DNA from: an uncultured Planctomycetia bacterium
Lineage (GTDB): Bacteria > Planctomycetota > UBA8108
Assembly (NCBI GenBank): GCA_964615885.1
Contig: CAZTRG010000281.1
Span: 66,535 to 130,534 of the forward strand
Direction of reading: 5' to 3'
Length of the DNA stretch: 64,000 nucleotides
This document shows positions 32,971 through 42,947 of this stretch, in pieces. Under the pieces are notes generated by a model. The model saw only the letters and a program-made list of their open reading frames with translations, searched no databases and was not told the DNA's origin. Positions within the stretch are counted from its first letter, which is position 1, and each line of letters begins with the position of its first letter. A program made the translations under genes and the position numbers.

Positions 32971-33178
32971 GAGGCTCTGGAGCCCTCTCTCTGCCACAAA
33001 AAGCCATCCTGCCGCCATCGGTGCTCCCTGGCCCCTTTTCTTCGCCAAAAACCATTCAATACAACCCGGTAAATTTATTGACGTGTTTCATACAAGTGAC
33101 TTAGCATCTTGTAGTTACGCGAAGATCTATCATTCGGTTGGTTCTTTTTTATTCACGACAGACACCTGGAGATTCCAG

Positions 33179-34480
33179 ATGAAGATCCATCAAGCAAGCC
33201 GGCGTGATTTCCTCACAGTGGGCGCCATCGGCGGCCTCGGCCTGACCCTGGACCAGTATTTCCGCATCAAGTCGGCCAACGCCGAGCAGAAGTTTTACGA
33301 GAGCAAAGAAGGCCCCGCCAAGTCGGTCATTAACATTTTCATGCCCGGCGGTATGGCTCACCAGGACACCTTCGACCCCAAGCCCTATGCCCCCCTGGCC
33401 TACCGCGGCGAGCTGGGCAATATCGGCACCAAGCTACCCGGCGTGCGCTACGGCGAGGTCATGAAGAAAACGGCCCAGGTGGCCGACAAGATCACCGTTG
33501 TCCGCTCTATGAGCCACGGCGAGGCGGCCCACGAACGCGGCACGCACAATATGTTCACCGGCTACCGCCCGCGCCCGGCGCTCGTATTCCCCAGCATGGG
33601 AAGCATCGTTTCGCACGAGTTCGGCCCGCGCAAGAGCCTGCCGCCCTATGTCTGTATACCGGGCCAGCCCAACACCTTTGCAGGATCCGGCTACCTGAGC
33701 TCCTCCTATGCTCCCTTCAGCCTCGGCAGCGACCCGGCCAGCGGCAACTTCAAGGTCCGCGATCTGAATCTTGCCGGCGGCATCAAGTCCGAACGCTTCA
33801 ACCGGCGCCGCTCGATCCTCGAGACGGTCAATGCGCACTTCAAGGAAACCGAAAAATCCGATGGCCTCGAGGCCATGGACACTTTCTACCAGCGGGCCTA
33901 TGGCCTCATCAGCTCCAAGGAGGCCAAGGAGGCCTTCAACATCAACGCTGAGCCGGCCAAGCTCCGTGACGAATACGGCCGCAACGCTGCCGGGCAGAGG
34001 CTCCTGCTGGCCAGGAGACTGGTCGAGGCCGGAGTGCGCTTCGTCACCCTGACCTACGGCGGCTGGGACATGCACAACAACATTCGAAACTCCATGAGAG
34101 GCCAGATGCCTCCCTTCGACCAGGCCTTCGCCAGGTTGATCATGGACCTTGAGACCCGCGGGCTGCTCGACTCGACCCTCGTCGTGGTCACAACGGAATT
34201 CGGCCGTACTCCAAAGATTAATGGAAACGCAGGAAGGGATCACTGGCCCAAGGTGTTCAGCATCGTCCTGGCCGGTGGTGGAATCAAGAAAGGGTTCGTC
34301 TACGGCAAGTCCGATGCGACTGCCACTGAGCCCGAGGAAGACGCCCTGACGGTGGAGGACTGGGCAACCACGGTCTACCACCAGCTGGGCATCGTCGCTG
34401 ACAAAGAGCTCATGGCCCCCGGTGACCGGCCGATCGAGATCGTTGACGGCGGCAAGGTTCGCAAAGAGCTCCTCGCCTGA
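33179..34480 (+). CDS. DUF1501 domain protein (sulfatase-like, TAT signal)
   Basis: Twin-arginine-type start MKIHQASRRDFLTVGAIGG. Conserved TEFGRTP and GRDHW blocks typical of DUF1501. The ORF track starts upstream at 32933. Confidence 0.85.
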   Translation: MKIHQASRRDFLTVGAIGGLGLTLDQYFRIKSANAEQKFYESKEGPAKSVINIFMPGGMAHQDTFDPKPYAPLAYRGELGNIGTKLPGVRYGEVMKKTAQVADKITVVRSMSHGEAAHERGTHNMFTGYRPRPALVFPSMGSIVSHEFGPRKSLPPYVCIPGQPNTFAGSGYLSSSYAPFSLGSDPASGNFKVRDLNLAGGIKSERFNRRRSILETVNAHFKETEKSDGLEAMDTFYQRAYGLISSKEAKEAFNINAEPAKLRDEYGRNAAGQRLLLARRLVEAGVRFVTLTYGGWDMHNNIRNSMRGQMPPFDQAFARLIMDLETRGLLDSTLVVVTTEFGRTPKINGNAGRDHWPKVFSIVLAGGGIKKGFVYGKSDATATEPEEDALTVEDWATTVYHQLGIVADKELMAPGDRPIEIVDGGKVRKELLA

Positions 34481-34570
34481 GGACAGGCCGGAGGTAAATC
34501 CCTCCCCTGCTCCACGAAGGAGATCTTATGTACAGGGAGCCGCCTTATCGGCCCCCTGGCCAGGGAAAGA

Positions 34571-37069
34571 ATGAATCCAAGGTCAACAGGAAGTAATCCT
34601 ATGCCCCTACCCGGTAAAACAAGAACTGAACCAACCCGCCTGCTTTTGCTTTGCGCCGCCTGCCTGCTGCTGAGCGCTGGCATCCTCGAGGCCGCATCTC
34701 CATCGCTGGGCTCCATCATTCCCCGCGGAGGACAGCGTGGAACCGAGCTGGAGGTCAACTTCAACGGCGACCGGCTGGCTGATGTGAAGGAGATCCTCTT
34801 TTACTCCCCGGGCTTCAGCCTTGTTGAATTCAAGGTCACCAATCCCAAGCACGTCCTCGCCAGGATCAAGATCGCCGCTGACTGCCGCCTGGGCGTCCAT
34901 GCCATGCGCTTGCGTACCGCCACCGGGATCTCCGACATGAAGACCTTTTTTGTCGGCTCCCTGGCTGAGCTTGCCGAGAAGGAGCCCAACAGCGACTTTG
35001 CCGCACCACAGAAGATAGCTCTCAACTCGACCGTGAGCGGGAGCGTTCAGAACGAAGATGTCGACTACTACATTTTCGAGGTCAAGAAAGGGCAGCGTAT
35101 CTCCGCCGAGATCGAGGCGATGCGACTGGGCAACACGATCTTCGATCCCTATATCGCCATCATGAACTCCGGCCGCTTTGAGATCGCCTCCTCAGATGAC
35201 TCCGCCCTGCTGCGGCAGGATTCCACCTGCCAGGTGATCGCCCCTGAAGATGGAAACTACTACGTCCAGGTCCGCGAGAGCTCTTACGGGGGAAACGGCA
35301 ACTGCCGCTACCGGCTGCATGTCGGAACCTTTCCCCGCCCCAGGGGACTGCTTCCCGCAGGCGCGAAGGCCGGCTCCGAAGTAGAGGTCCAATACCTTGG
35401 CGATGCAGGTGGAGACCGCAAACAGAAGGTGACCCTGCCCCCCGCTGCCCGCGAGGACTTCGGGCTGCATCTCGAGGATGAAGGCGGAGTGTCGCCATCG
35501 GTGAATGTTTTCCGACTCAGCGAGTACGACAACACGATGGAGGTCGAGCCCAACAACAACCACGCCAAGGCCACCGTCGCCAGCGCCCCGGGCGCCTTCA
35601 ACGGGATCATCTCAGAACCTGGAGACGTCGACTGTTTCAGATTCAAGGCCAACAAGGGCCAGGTTTTCGAGGTGGAGCTCTACGGCCGCAGGATCCGCTC
35701 TCCGCTGGACTCCGTGATCAACATAGCTCACTTTTCCGGCAAGGGGATCACCGGGAACGACGATTCGCGCGGCCCGGACAGCTACTTTCGCTTCACCGCC
35801 CCGGAGACCAAGGAATACGTCCTGACCGTACGAGACCACCTGGGAAAAGGCGGGCCGGATTACGTCTACCGCTTCGAGCTGACCCCGGTCAAGCCGGCCC
35901 TCAGCCTCACGATCCCACGGGTAGCAAGATATTCCCAGGAGCGGCAATCGATCTCGGTGCCCCGGGGGAACCGCTACACTGCCCTGGTTTCCGTCAGCCG
36001 GCAGAACTTCGGCGGAGACCTTGCCTTCAGCTGCGCCGATCTTCCCGCGGGAATCTCCCTCCAGGGAGAAAACATGCCTGCAAACCTGACCACCATCCCT
36101 GTACTCTTCGAGGCGGCCGCCGATGCGCCCCTGTCGGGAAAGATCTGTGATGTTCGTGCACAGCATGCCGATGAGAAGAAAAACATCAGCGGCGGCTTCC
36201 GCATCGGTATCGACCTCCTGGTCGGCAACCCCGGGCAGTCGGTCTACCTGAGACACACCCTCAAGGGACTGGCCGTCGCCGTTACCGAAGAGGCTCCCTT
36301 CAAGCTGCAGATTGTCGAGCCGAAGGTGCCCATTGTTCGCAACGGGTCCATGGCTCTCAAGATTGTCGCCGAACGCAAGGAAGGCTTTACCGCACCTATC
36401 GGTCTCCAGATGGTCTTCAATCCCCCGGGGATCACCTCACAGCGCGGCGTCAATATCCCCAAGGACAAGAACGAGGCCTTCATCAGCCTGAATGCAAACG
36501 GCGGCGCCCAGGTGCGCGCCTGGAAGATTGCCGTCAACGGCTCCAGCGGCGGGATCTGGGCCAGCACTCAGCTCGCCACCCTCCGCGTAGCAGAGCCTTA
36601 CATCGATCTGGCCGCAGAGAAAACCTCCGTCGAACAGGGCAAGGAAACCGAGATCTACTGCAAGATCAACCAGCGAACGAAATTTGAAGGCAAGGCGAAG
36701 GTGAGCCTCTTCGGGCTGCCGCATAACGTCAAGGCCGCGGGAATGGAAATTGACGCCGACACCAAGGAGGTCACCTTCAAGGTCACAGTCGCCAAGGACA
36801 GTCCCGCGGGAAAGCACAAGACCATTGCCTGCCGTGTTGAAATTGTTGAGAGCGGCGAGTCCATCGTTCATTCCACCGGCGGCACCGAGCTGCGCATCGA
36901 CAAGCCCCTGCCGCCGCCGAAACCCAAGAAAAAACCACCGCCGAAGGTGGTCAAGAAGGTCGAGAAGCCAAAACCTCCACCGCCGCCAAAGGCGCCGCCC
37001 AAGAAGCGCCTGACCCGGCTGGAGAAACTACGCCTGCAATTCAAGAAGAACAAAGAAGAGGGGTCCTGA
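34571..37069 (+). CDS. Secreted protein with two pre-peptidase C-terminal (PPC)-like domains and a Lys/Pro-rich C-terminal tail
   Basis: Signal peptide. Two DVD(Y/C)xxF…G(Q)xxxxE…xxxDxVxx PPC-like beta-sandwich segments. C-terminal PPPKPKKKPPPKVVKKVEKPKPPPPPK. Confidence 0.7.
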   Translation: MNPRSTGSNPMPLPGKTRTEPTRLLLLCAACLLLSAGILEAASPSLGSIIPRGGQRGTELEVNFNGDRLADVKEILFYSPGFSLVEFKVTNPKHVLARIKIAADCRLGVHAMRLRTATGISDMKTFFVGSLAELAEKEPNSDFAAPQKIALNSTVSGSVQNEDVDYYIFEVKKGQRISAEIEAMRLGNTIFDPYIAIMNSGRFEIASSDDSALLRQDSTCQVIAPEDGNYYVQVRESSYGGNGNCRYRLHVGTFPRPRGLLPAGAKAGSEVEVQYLGDAGGDRKQKVTLPPAAREDFGLHLEDEGGVSPSVNVFRLSEYDNTMEVEPNNNHAKATVASAPGAFNGIISEPGDVDCFRFKANKGQVFEVELYGRRIRSPLDSVINIAHFSGKGITGNDDSRGPDSYFRFTAPETKEYVLTVRDHLGKGGPDYVYRFELTPVKPALSLTIPRVARYSQERQSISVPRGNRYTALVSVSRQNFGGDLAFSCADLPAGISLQGENMPANLTTIPVLFEAAADAPLSGKICDVRAQHADEKKNISGGFRIGIDLLVGNPGQSVYLRHTLKGLAVAVTEEAPFKLQIVEPKVPIVRNGSMALKIVAERKEGFTAPIGLQMVFNPPGITSQRGVNIPKDKNEAFISLNANGGAQVRAWKIAVNGSSGGIWASTQLATLRVAEPYIDLAAEKTSVEQGKETEIYCKINQRTKFEGKAKVSLFGLPHNVKAAGMEIDADTKEVTFKVTVAKDSPAGKHKTIACRVEIVESGESIVHSTGGTELRIDKPLPPPKPKKKPPPKVVKKVEKPKPPPPPKAPPKKRLTRLEKLRLQFKKNKEEGS

Positions 37070-37084
37070 GGGCCTGCTGACATC

Positions 37085-39526
37085 GTGAAAATAAAAAGAC
37101 ACCTCCCATTCCTGCCTGTCCTGGCCTTAATAACAGGAATTCTCTGCCCCGGTGATTCCGCCGGCGGGGCCGACCTGGTGAAGATCACTGCCTACCCCGG
37201 GGATGTCCAGCTCAGCACCCAGCGGGACCGGCAGTCGGTGATTGTCCAGGCTCTCTATTCCAATGGCCTGACCAGGGACATTACCTCCGAGGCGAAATAC
37301 ACCCTTGCCGACCCGGCCCTGGCAAAACTCGAAGGCGGTGCCGTGCTTCCGCTTAAAGATGGCACCACCGAGCTCCGGATCGAGCTGGGAGGTAAATCCA
37401 TCGCCCTGCCCCTTACGGTCAAGGATGCTGCCATCGACCGGCCCATCAGCTTCAAGCTCGATGTCATGCCCGTCTTCATGAAGGCAGGCTGCAACACGGG
37501 GAGCTGCCATGGAGCCGCCCGCGGCAAAGACGGCTTCAGGCTGTCACTTTTCGGTTTCGACCCCGATGGCGACTACCATCGCCTGACACGGGAGCTCAAC
37601 GGCCGGCGGCTCAACCTGGCGCTCATACATGACAGCCTCCTCCTTGAGAAAGGCGCCGGAAGTGTCAGCCATACCGGTGGAAAACGGTTTGAAAAGGACT
37701 CCGAGCTCTACGGGACGCTGGTGCGGTGGCTGGAGGCCAGGGCCCCCCGCGACGCCGCCAACATTCCCCATCCCACCGGCATCGAGTTCTATCCTCCTAA
37801 TGCGGTTCTCAACGGCAGCGGGGCAACCCAGAAGCTCACGGTGCGAGCCACCTATTCCGACGGGAGCACCCGGGATGTAACCAGCCTCGCCTACTTCCTC
37901 TCGAACAATGACACCTCGGCAAAGGTCTCCCAGGAAGGCGTCGTCAGCGCAGGGAGCCGCGGTGAAGCATTTATCATGGCGCGCTTCGACACCTTTACCG
38001 TCGGCAGCCACTTCATCGTGCTGCCGAAAAATCTCGAATTCCAGTTTCCCGCGGTTGAGGAAAACAACTACGTCGACACCCTGATCAACGAGAAGCTGAA
38101 AAAACTCCGGGTGGCCCCATCAGAGCTCTGCTCTGACGAGGTGTTCCTGAGGCGGGCCTATCTCGACATCATCGGCCTCCTGCCCACCACCGAGGAATAC
38201 ACGCGCTTCACCTCGAGTGAGGAAAAAGACAAGCGCTCAAAGCTGGTCGATGAGCTGCTCGGGCGTAAAGAATTCGTGGAGCTCTGGGTGATGAAGTGGG
38301 CCGAGCTTCTCCAGATCAGGTCCTCCCAGCAGGTGAGCTACAAGGCCATGCTGCTCTACTACAACTGGCTGCAGGACAAGATCGCCAACAATGTGCCGAT
38401 GGATAAGATGGTGAGCGAGCTCCTCGGCGCCAGCGGCGGAACCTTCAAAAATCCTGCCACCAACTACTACCAGAATGAGACCAACACCCTGAAGGTCACC
38501 GAGAACGTGGCCCAGGTGTTCATGGGCATGCGGATCCAGTGCGCCCAGTGTCATAACCACCCCTTCGATAAATGGACACAAAATGACTACTATGGCTTCG
38601 CCTCGTTCTTCTCCCAGATTGGCAGGAAACGCGCCGAAGACCCCAGGGAAACCATCGTCTTCAACTCCCGCAGCGGCGAGGTGCGCAACCCTGTCGGCAA
38701 CCGGGTCATGAAGCCCAAGTTCCTCGGTGGCGAGGCCCCCGACCTGAAGGGTAAAGACCGGCGGGTGGCGATGGCCGAGTGGCTGGTCTCGAGCGAGAAC
38801 CCCTTCTTTGCCACCAACCTTGCCAACATGGTCTGGGCACATTTCTTCGGCAAGGGAATCATTGACGAGGTCGATGATGTGCGGGTCAGCAACCCTCCGG
38901 CCAACGCCGAGCTCCTCAGCGCCCTCGGACAGCGCTTCACGGAATACAAGTATGACTTCAAGCGCCTGGTTCGAGACATCTGTACCTCGAGGACCTACCA
39001 GCTTGCCACCCAGACCAACGAGTCAAACGAATCGGACACTCGCAACTTCTCACATGCATCGCTTCGCAGGATCCGGTCTGAGATCCTCCTGGATTGCATC
39101 ACACAGGTCACCGCTACGAGCAACAAGTTCCGCGGCCTCCCCAAGGGGTCCCGTGCCGTGCAGATTGCCGATGGCTCCACCAGCAACTATTTCCTGACGG
39201 CCTTCGGCCGCGCCAAGCGCGAGAGCGTCTGCTCCTGCGAGGTCCAGATGGAACCCAACCTCTCCCAGGCCCTTCACCTGCTCAATGGCAACACTGTTGA
39301 GGAGAAGATCAGGAGCGGCGGCCTCATCAAGGCCTTGCTCGATGCGAAAAAGACCCCCGAAGAGATTATCGAAGAGCTCTACATCCGCTCCTTCTCTCGC
39401 CGGCCGGTCGAAAAAGAGGTGACCGGCCTGAAGGCCATTCTTGCCTCCACTCCGAGCCCCAAAGAATTTCTCGACGACCTCTTCTGGTCACTGCTCAACT
39501 CCCGCGAATTCCTCTTCAACCACTGA
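37085..39526 (+). CDS. PSCyt2 (DUF1549) + PSD1 (DUF1553) planctomycete-type protein with N-terminal Ig-like (BIG2) repeats
   Basis: GTG start. GCNTGSCHGAARGKDGFRLSLFG (PSCyt2), a C-terminal DUF1553-like region, and two BIG2-like N-terminal repeats. Confidence 0.85.
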   Translation: MKIKRHLPFLPVLALITGILCPGDSAGGADLVKITAYPGDVQLSTQRDRQSVIVQALYSNGLTRDITSEAKYTLADPALAKLEGGAVLPLKDGTTELRIELGGKSIALPLTVKDAAIDRPISFKLDVMPVFMKAGCNTGSCHGAARGKDGFRLSLFGFDPDGDYHRLTRELNGRRLNLALIHDSLLLEKGAGSVSHTGGKRFEKDSELYGTLVRWLEARAPRDAANIPHPTGIEFYPPNAVLNGSGATQKLTVRATYSDGSTRDVTSLAYFLSNNDTSAKVSQEGVVSAGSRGEAFIMARFDTFTVGSHFIVLPKNLEFQFPAVEENNYVDTLINEKLKKLRVAPSELCSDEVFLRRAYLDIIGLLPTTEEYTRFTSSEEKDKRSKLVDELLGRKEFVELWVMKWAELLQIRSSQQVSYKAMLLYYNWLQDKIANNVPMDKMVSELLGASGGTFKNPATNYYQNETNTLKVTENVAQVFMGMRIQCAQCHNHPFDKWTQNDYYGFASFFSQIGRKRAEDPRETIVFNSRSGEVRNPVGNRVMKPKFLGGEAPDLKGKDRRVAMAEWLVSSENPFFATNLANMVWAHFFGKGIIDEVDDVRVSNPPANAELLSALGQRFTEYKYDFKRLVRDICTSRTYQLATQTNESNESDTRNFSHASLRRIRSEILLDCITQVTATSNKFRGLPKGSRAVQIADGSTSNYFLTAFGRAKRESVCSCEVQMEPNLSQALHLLNGNTVEEKIRSGGLIKALLDAKKTPEEIIEELYIRSFSRRPVEKEVTGLKAILASTPSPKEFLDDLFWSLLNSREFLFNH

Positions 39527-39536
39527 ACAGAGCACC

Positions 39537-42152
39537 ATGAACAACACCAGGCTGTCTCCTATCGGAAAAACTTTCGCTGTGCTCCTGCTGGCCGGTCTCC
39601 TGGCTCCCTCAGCCACTGCTCTTGGCGCTGGTGAAGATGCTGCAGCAGCCAAGGCTGCGCGCATCACCTACGATGACCACGTCTCTGAGATCTTCCGCTC
39701 CCAGTGCTTCAAGTGTCACAACCAGGATCGCAAGAAGGGCGGCCTGGCCCTCAACACCTACGGCCTGACGATGGAGGGTGGCAGCTCCGGAAAGGTCGTC
39801 AAGCCCGGGGAGCCGGACTCGAGCCGTCTCTTCGCTCTCATCGCCCATCTCGAAGAGCCCCACATGCCCCCGAAGGGAGGCAAGCTCGCCGATGGAATCC
39901 TCGAGACGGTCAGGAAATGGATTGCCGGGGGAGCACCGGAAAACAAGAGCAGCAAGATCAAGCTGCCCACCAAGCCCAAGCTCGAGCTGTCGGTCAGTGA
40001 ACCTACAGCAAAACCTGAGGGTCCACCCCCGATGCCGAGAGGACTGAGCCTGGAGCCGGTCCTGAGGACACAACAGACCAGCGCCGTAACGGCAATGGCC
40101 ACCAGCCCCTGGGCGCCGCTGCTGGCGGTGGCCGGCCAGAAGCAGGTGCTTCTCTACAACACCGACACCAGCCAGCTGGCCGGGGTGCTGCCCTTTCCCG
40201 AGGGTAGCGCTCACATCCTGAAGTTCAGCCGCAATGCCGGGCTTCTGCTGGCCGGAGGAGGACGCGGAGCTCATTCAGGCAAGGTCGTCGTGTGGAGCGT
40301 CCGTACGGGAGAAAGAATCGTTGAGATCGGCGATGAGTACGACTCGGTCCTGGCCGCCGACATCTCCAGCGACCACAGCATGGTGGCTCTCGGCGGCTCC
40401 AGCAAGATGCTGAGGATCTATTCCACCAGCGATGGAGAGCTGCTGCACGACATCAAGAAACACACGAACTGGATCTTCTCTCTCGAGTTCAGCCCCGATG
40501 GGGTGCTGCTCGCCTCCGGCGATCGCAACGGAGGGCTCCATGTATGGGAGTCTTTTACCGGGCGCGAATACCTGGCCCTCGGGGGCCATGGCGGCCCGGT
40601 CACCTCAGTCAGCTGGAGGGGTGACTCCAATATCCTCGCCAGCTCCAGCGAGGACTCGACGATTCGCCTCTGGGAGATGGAGAATGGCCGCCAGATCCGC
40701 AGCTGGAATGCCCACGGCGGTGGAACACTCGCCATGCAATTTCATCGCAATGGCCAGCTGGTGAGCTGCGGCAGGGACCGGGTGGCAAAGCTCTGGGACC
40801 AGAACGGAAAACAGCTGCGGGCCTTTGAAGCCTTCAGTGACCTCGCGCTGCGGGTGGCGGTCGATCACAACGGCAAGCGGGTTATCGCCGGTGACTGGAA
40901 CGGCGAGGTCCGAATGTGGAATGCTGCTGACGGCAAACGCCTTGCTGCGCTGCCCCTGAACCCCGTCTCACTCATCGAGCGTTCAAAAGAAGCGGAGACG
41001 GCCCTGGCCGCCATCAAGGCCGGACACGCCAAGCTGGCTGCCGAGCAGGACCGCCTGCTCACCGCCGCCCGCACGATGCAGGCTGAGGTCGAGAAAACTG
41101 CGGCGTCTGCGAAAACGGCTGAAGCTGCCGCTGCCGCTGCCGCGGGTGAACTGAAAAAGAATCGAGAGCTGGCTGACAGCTCGTCCGCCGGGCTCAAGGA
41201 TGCCCTGGCGATCCTGGCCCGGCTTGAGGAAGCGCACGGCAAGCTCACTGCAGCAGAGAAAAAGGACGAGGCCCAGCTCAAGGCCAGCGCCCAGGCGCTG
41301 GCGGCTGCACAGGGAAAAGCTGCCGGGCTGGCCGCAGAGGTATCAAGGGCGCTTGAACAGAGAGCGGTCTCCAGGGCTGCACTGGATGATTCCAGTGGCA
41401 AGCTGAGCACCGCCCGGGGGCGCCTCAACCAGTTGACGCCCCAGGCAAAATCAGCCGGCGAGGCTGCCTCGAGCCAGAAGGCCGCACTGGACCAGGCTGC
41501 TGCCGGCCTCAAGGCGGCAAATGCCCGCTCGGTAAAGTGGAAGGCCGCCATAGAGATCGACAAGGCTCTGAAGGTCCTTGCCCAGCGCCGCAAAGAACAC
41601 AACGCCGCCCTGATCGCTGTCGAAGAAAGCAAGCTTACCGCCCGCGATGCAGCGCTGCGGATCAAGAACCTGCAGGGGCAGATCAAGGCCAGCGCAGAAG
41701 AAACGCGAAAGGCCGCAGAAAGTGCAGCAGCCGCGGCGAAAAGCCTCCTGGAGAAAGCTGCCGGTTCATCCAGCAAAGCCGCCGAGATCATTGCCGGCAC
41801 GGAAACTCTCGAGCTCAGCAATCCCGAACAGGCCGGCAAGCTGATCACCGACCTGAAAACCTCTTCCGGCAGTCTTGCCGATGCCCTTGCAAGCTCCCTC
41901 AAGGCCTGGGAGGAAAGCAACAAGCAGGTACAGGCCGTTGCTGCCAGGGGGGCCGAGCTTACCTCTATCCTCAGCAAGGAGCTGGCCACGCTGAAGACCA
42001 TGGGAGAGAAGCTCAAACAGGCCACCGCGGAAGCAGCCCGGGCAGAGACGGCGGTCAATACCGCAAAAGCAGCCTGGGAAAAGTGGACCGGCTCGTTTGA
42101 GACCGCCAGCCAGGGCTCAAAGCCTCCAGCCAGGGTGGTGGCCAACAAATAA
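39537..42152 (+). CDS. PSCyt1 (planctomycete cytochrome-c-like) domain + WD40 beta-propeller + long Ala-rich coiled-coil protein
   Basis: Signal peptide. CFKCHNQDRKKGGLALNTYG (PSCyt1). Multiple WD repeats (…LASGDRNGGLHVWE…). ~330-aa Ala/Lys-rich coiled coil. The ORF track starts upstream at 39441. Confidence 0.85.
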   Translation: MNNTRLSPIGKTFAVLLLAGLLAPSATALGAGEDAAAAKAARITYDDHVSEIFRSQCFKCHNQDRKKGGLALNTYGLTMEGGSSGKVVKPGEPDSSRLFALIAHLEEPHMPPKGGKLADGILETVRKWIAGGAPENKSSKIKLPTKPKLELSVSEPTAKPEGPPPMPRGLSLEPVLRTQQTSAVTAMATSPWAPLLAVAGQKQVLLYNTDTSQLAGVLPFPEGSAHILKFSRNAGLLLAGGGRGAHSGKVVVWSVRTGERIVEIGDEYDSVLAADISSDHSMVALGGSSKMLRIYSTSDGELLHDIKKHTNWIFSLEFSPDGVLLASGDRNGGLHVWESFTGREYLALGGHGGPVTSVSWRGDSNILASSSEDSTIRLWEMENGRQIRSWNAHGGGTLAMQFHRNGQLVSCGRDRVAKLWDQNGKQLRAFEAFSDLALRVAVDHNGKRVIAGDWNGEVRMWNAADGKRLAALPLNPVSLIERSKEAETALAAIKAGHAKLAAEQDRLLTAARTMQAEVEKTAASAKTAEAAAAAAAGELKKNRELADSSSAGLKDALAILARLEEAHGKLTAAEKKDEAQLKASAQALAAAQGKAAGLAAEVSRALEQRAVSRAALDDSSGKLSTARGRLNQLTPQAKSAGEAASSQKAALDQAAAGLKAANARSVKWKAAIEIDKALKVLAQRRKEHNAALIAVEESKLTARDAALRIKNLQGQIKASAEETRKAAESAAAAAKSLLEKAAGSSSKAAEIIAGTETLELSNPEQAGKLITDLKTSSGSLADALASSLKAWEESNKQVQAVAARGAELTSILSKELATLKTMGEKLKQATAEAARAETAVNTAKAAWEKWTGSFETASQGSKPPARVVANK

Positions 42153-42191
42153 ACCGGGCTCCGCCAAGGCGGCCCTCCCAGTCGACCCCTG

Positions 42192-42908
42192 TCAGTCGGA
42201 GACGAAGATCTCCAGGGCGCCGCCCAGGTCTGCCCAGGCCTTGCCGGGAGAAATCTTCGCCGGCAGCTCCAGGGTGATCGTGGGGACCTTCAGGTCGCCG
42301 CCTGCGTAGCTGCCCAGCGAACCGGGAGTCGGATAACCGATTGAGGGCTTGAGAGGATAGCCGCTGGCCTGGGCCATCGATCGAGCGAGCTTATCAGCGG
42401 GGCCATCGTAATTGACACAGTACAAGGGCGCGTGCACCGCAAGGATCCTGACCGGCCTGAACTGGCGGATCATCTTCATCAGGGCCCTGGTCTCGGGCTC
42501 GCTGGAAGGGTAGGGCCCGTTGCGCTTGCTCTTCTTGAAATTCTTCGCGGGGAAATTCCTGTTCAGGTCAACTCCGCGGACGTTGTAGCGGCTCTTTTTG
42601 AGGAGGCCATCGGGATTCAGTACCGGGATCACCACCAGTCGATGACCGGCATAGAGTTCCGGGTGGGCCTTGAGGTGGCTGAGAAAGGTTCTAAGCAGCG
42701 GCTCCCCGGCCGGCTCGTTGCCATGGATGACGCCGAAGATGAGATATGCCGGGCCGCGGCCACCTGTAATCTCGGCAATGATCTCACGGCCCTCAACCGA
42801 GCGGCCGATGACCTCAGAATGAAAGTTCCCGGAAGAAACTCGAACCACCGGGGCCTGGGAACAGCCTGCAAGGACAAGCCACAACAAGCTCGGGAGCCAC
42901 CTGGTCAC
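42192..42908 (-). CDS. M14 zinc carboxypeptidase family protein (MpaA-like murein peptide amidase)
   Basis: Signal/lipoprotein-like N-terminus. HGNEPAG zinc-ligand motif, NPDG, and an HAP…. layout typical of the short MpaA-type M14 enzymes. Confidence 0.7.
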   Translation of the reverse strand: MTRWLPSLLWLVLAGCSQAPVVRVSSGNFHSEVIGRSVEGREIIAEITGGRGPAYLIFGVIHGNEPAGEPLLRTFLSHLKAHPELYAGHRLVVIPVLNPDGLLKKSRYNVRGVDLNRNFPAKNFKKSKRNGPYPSSEPETRALMKMIRQFRPVRILAVHAPLYCVNYDGPADKLARSMAQASGYPLKPSIGYPTPGSLGSYAGGDLKVPTITLELPAKISPGKAWADLGGALEIFVSD

Positions 42909-42947
42909 GTCTTTTCCTCTCCGCTCTTGGCCTGGAGCTGCACGCTC

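Noticed and set aside
40865-42148. 427-aa Ala/Ser-rich minus-strand ORF
   Set aside because: It is the antisense of the Ala-rich coiled-coil region of the PSCyt1-WD40 gene. Its low-complexity composition is a reflection of the sense strand.
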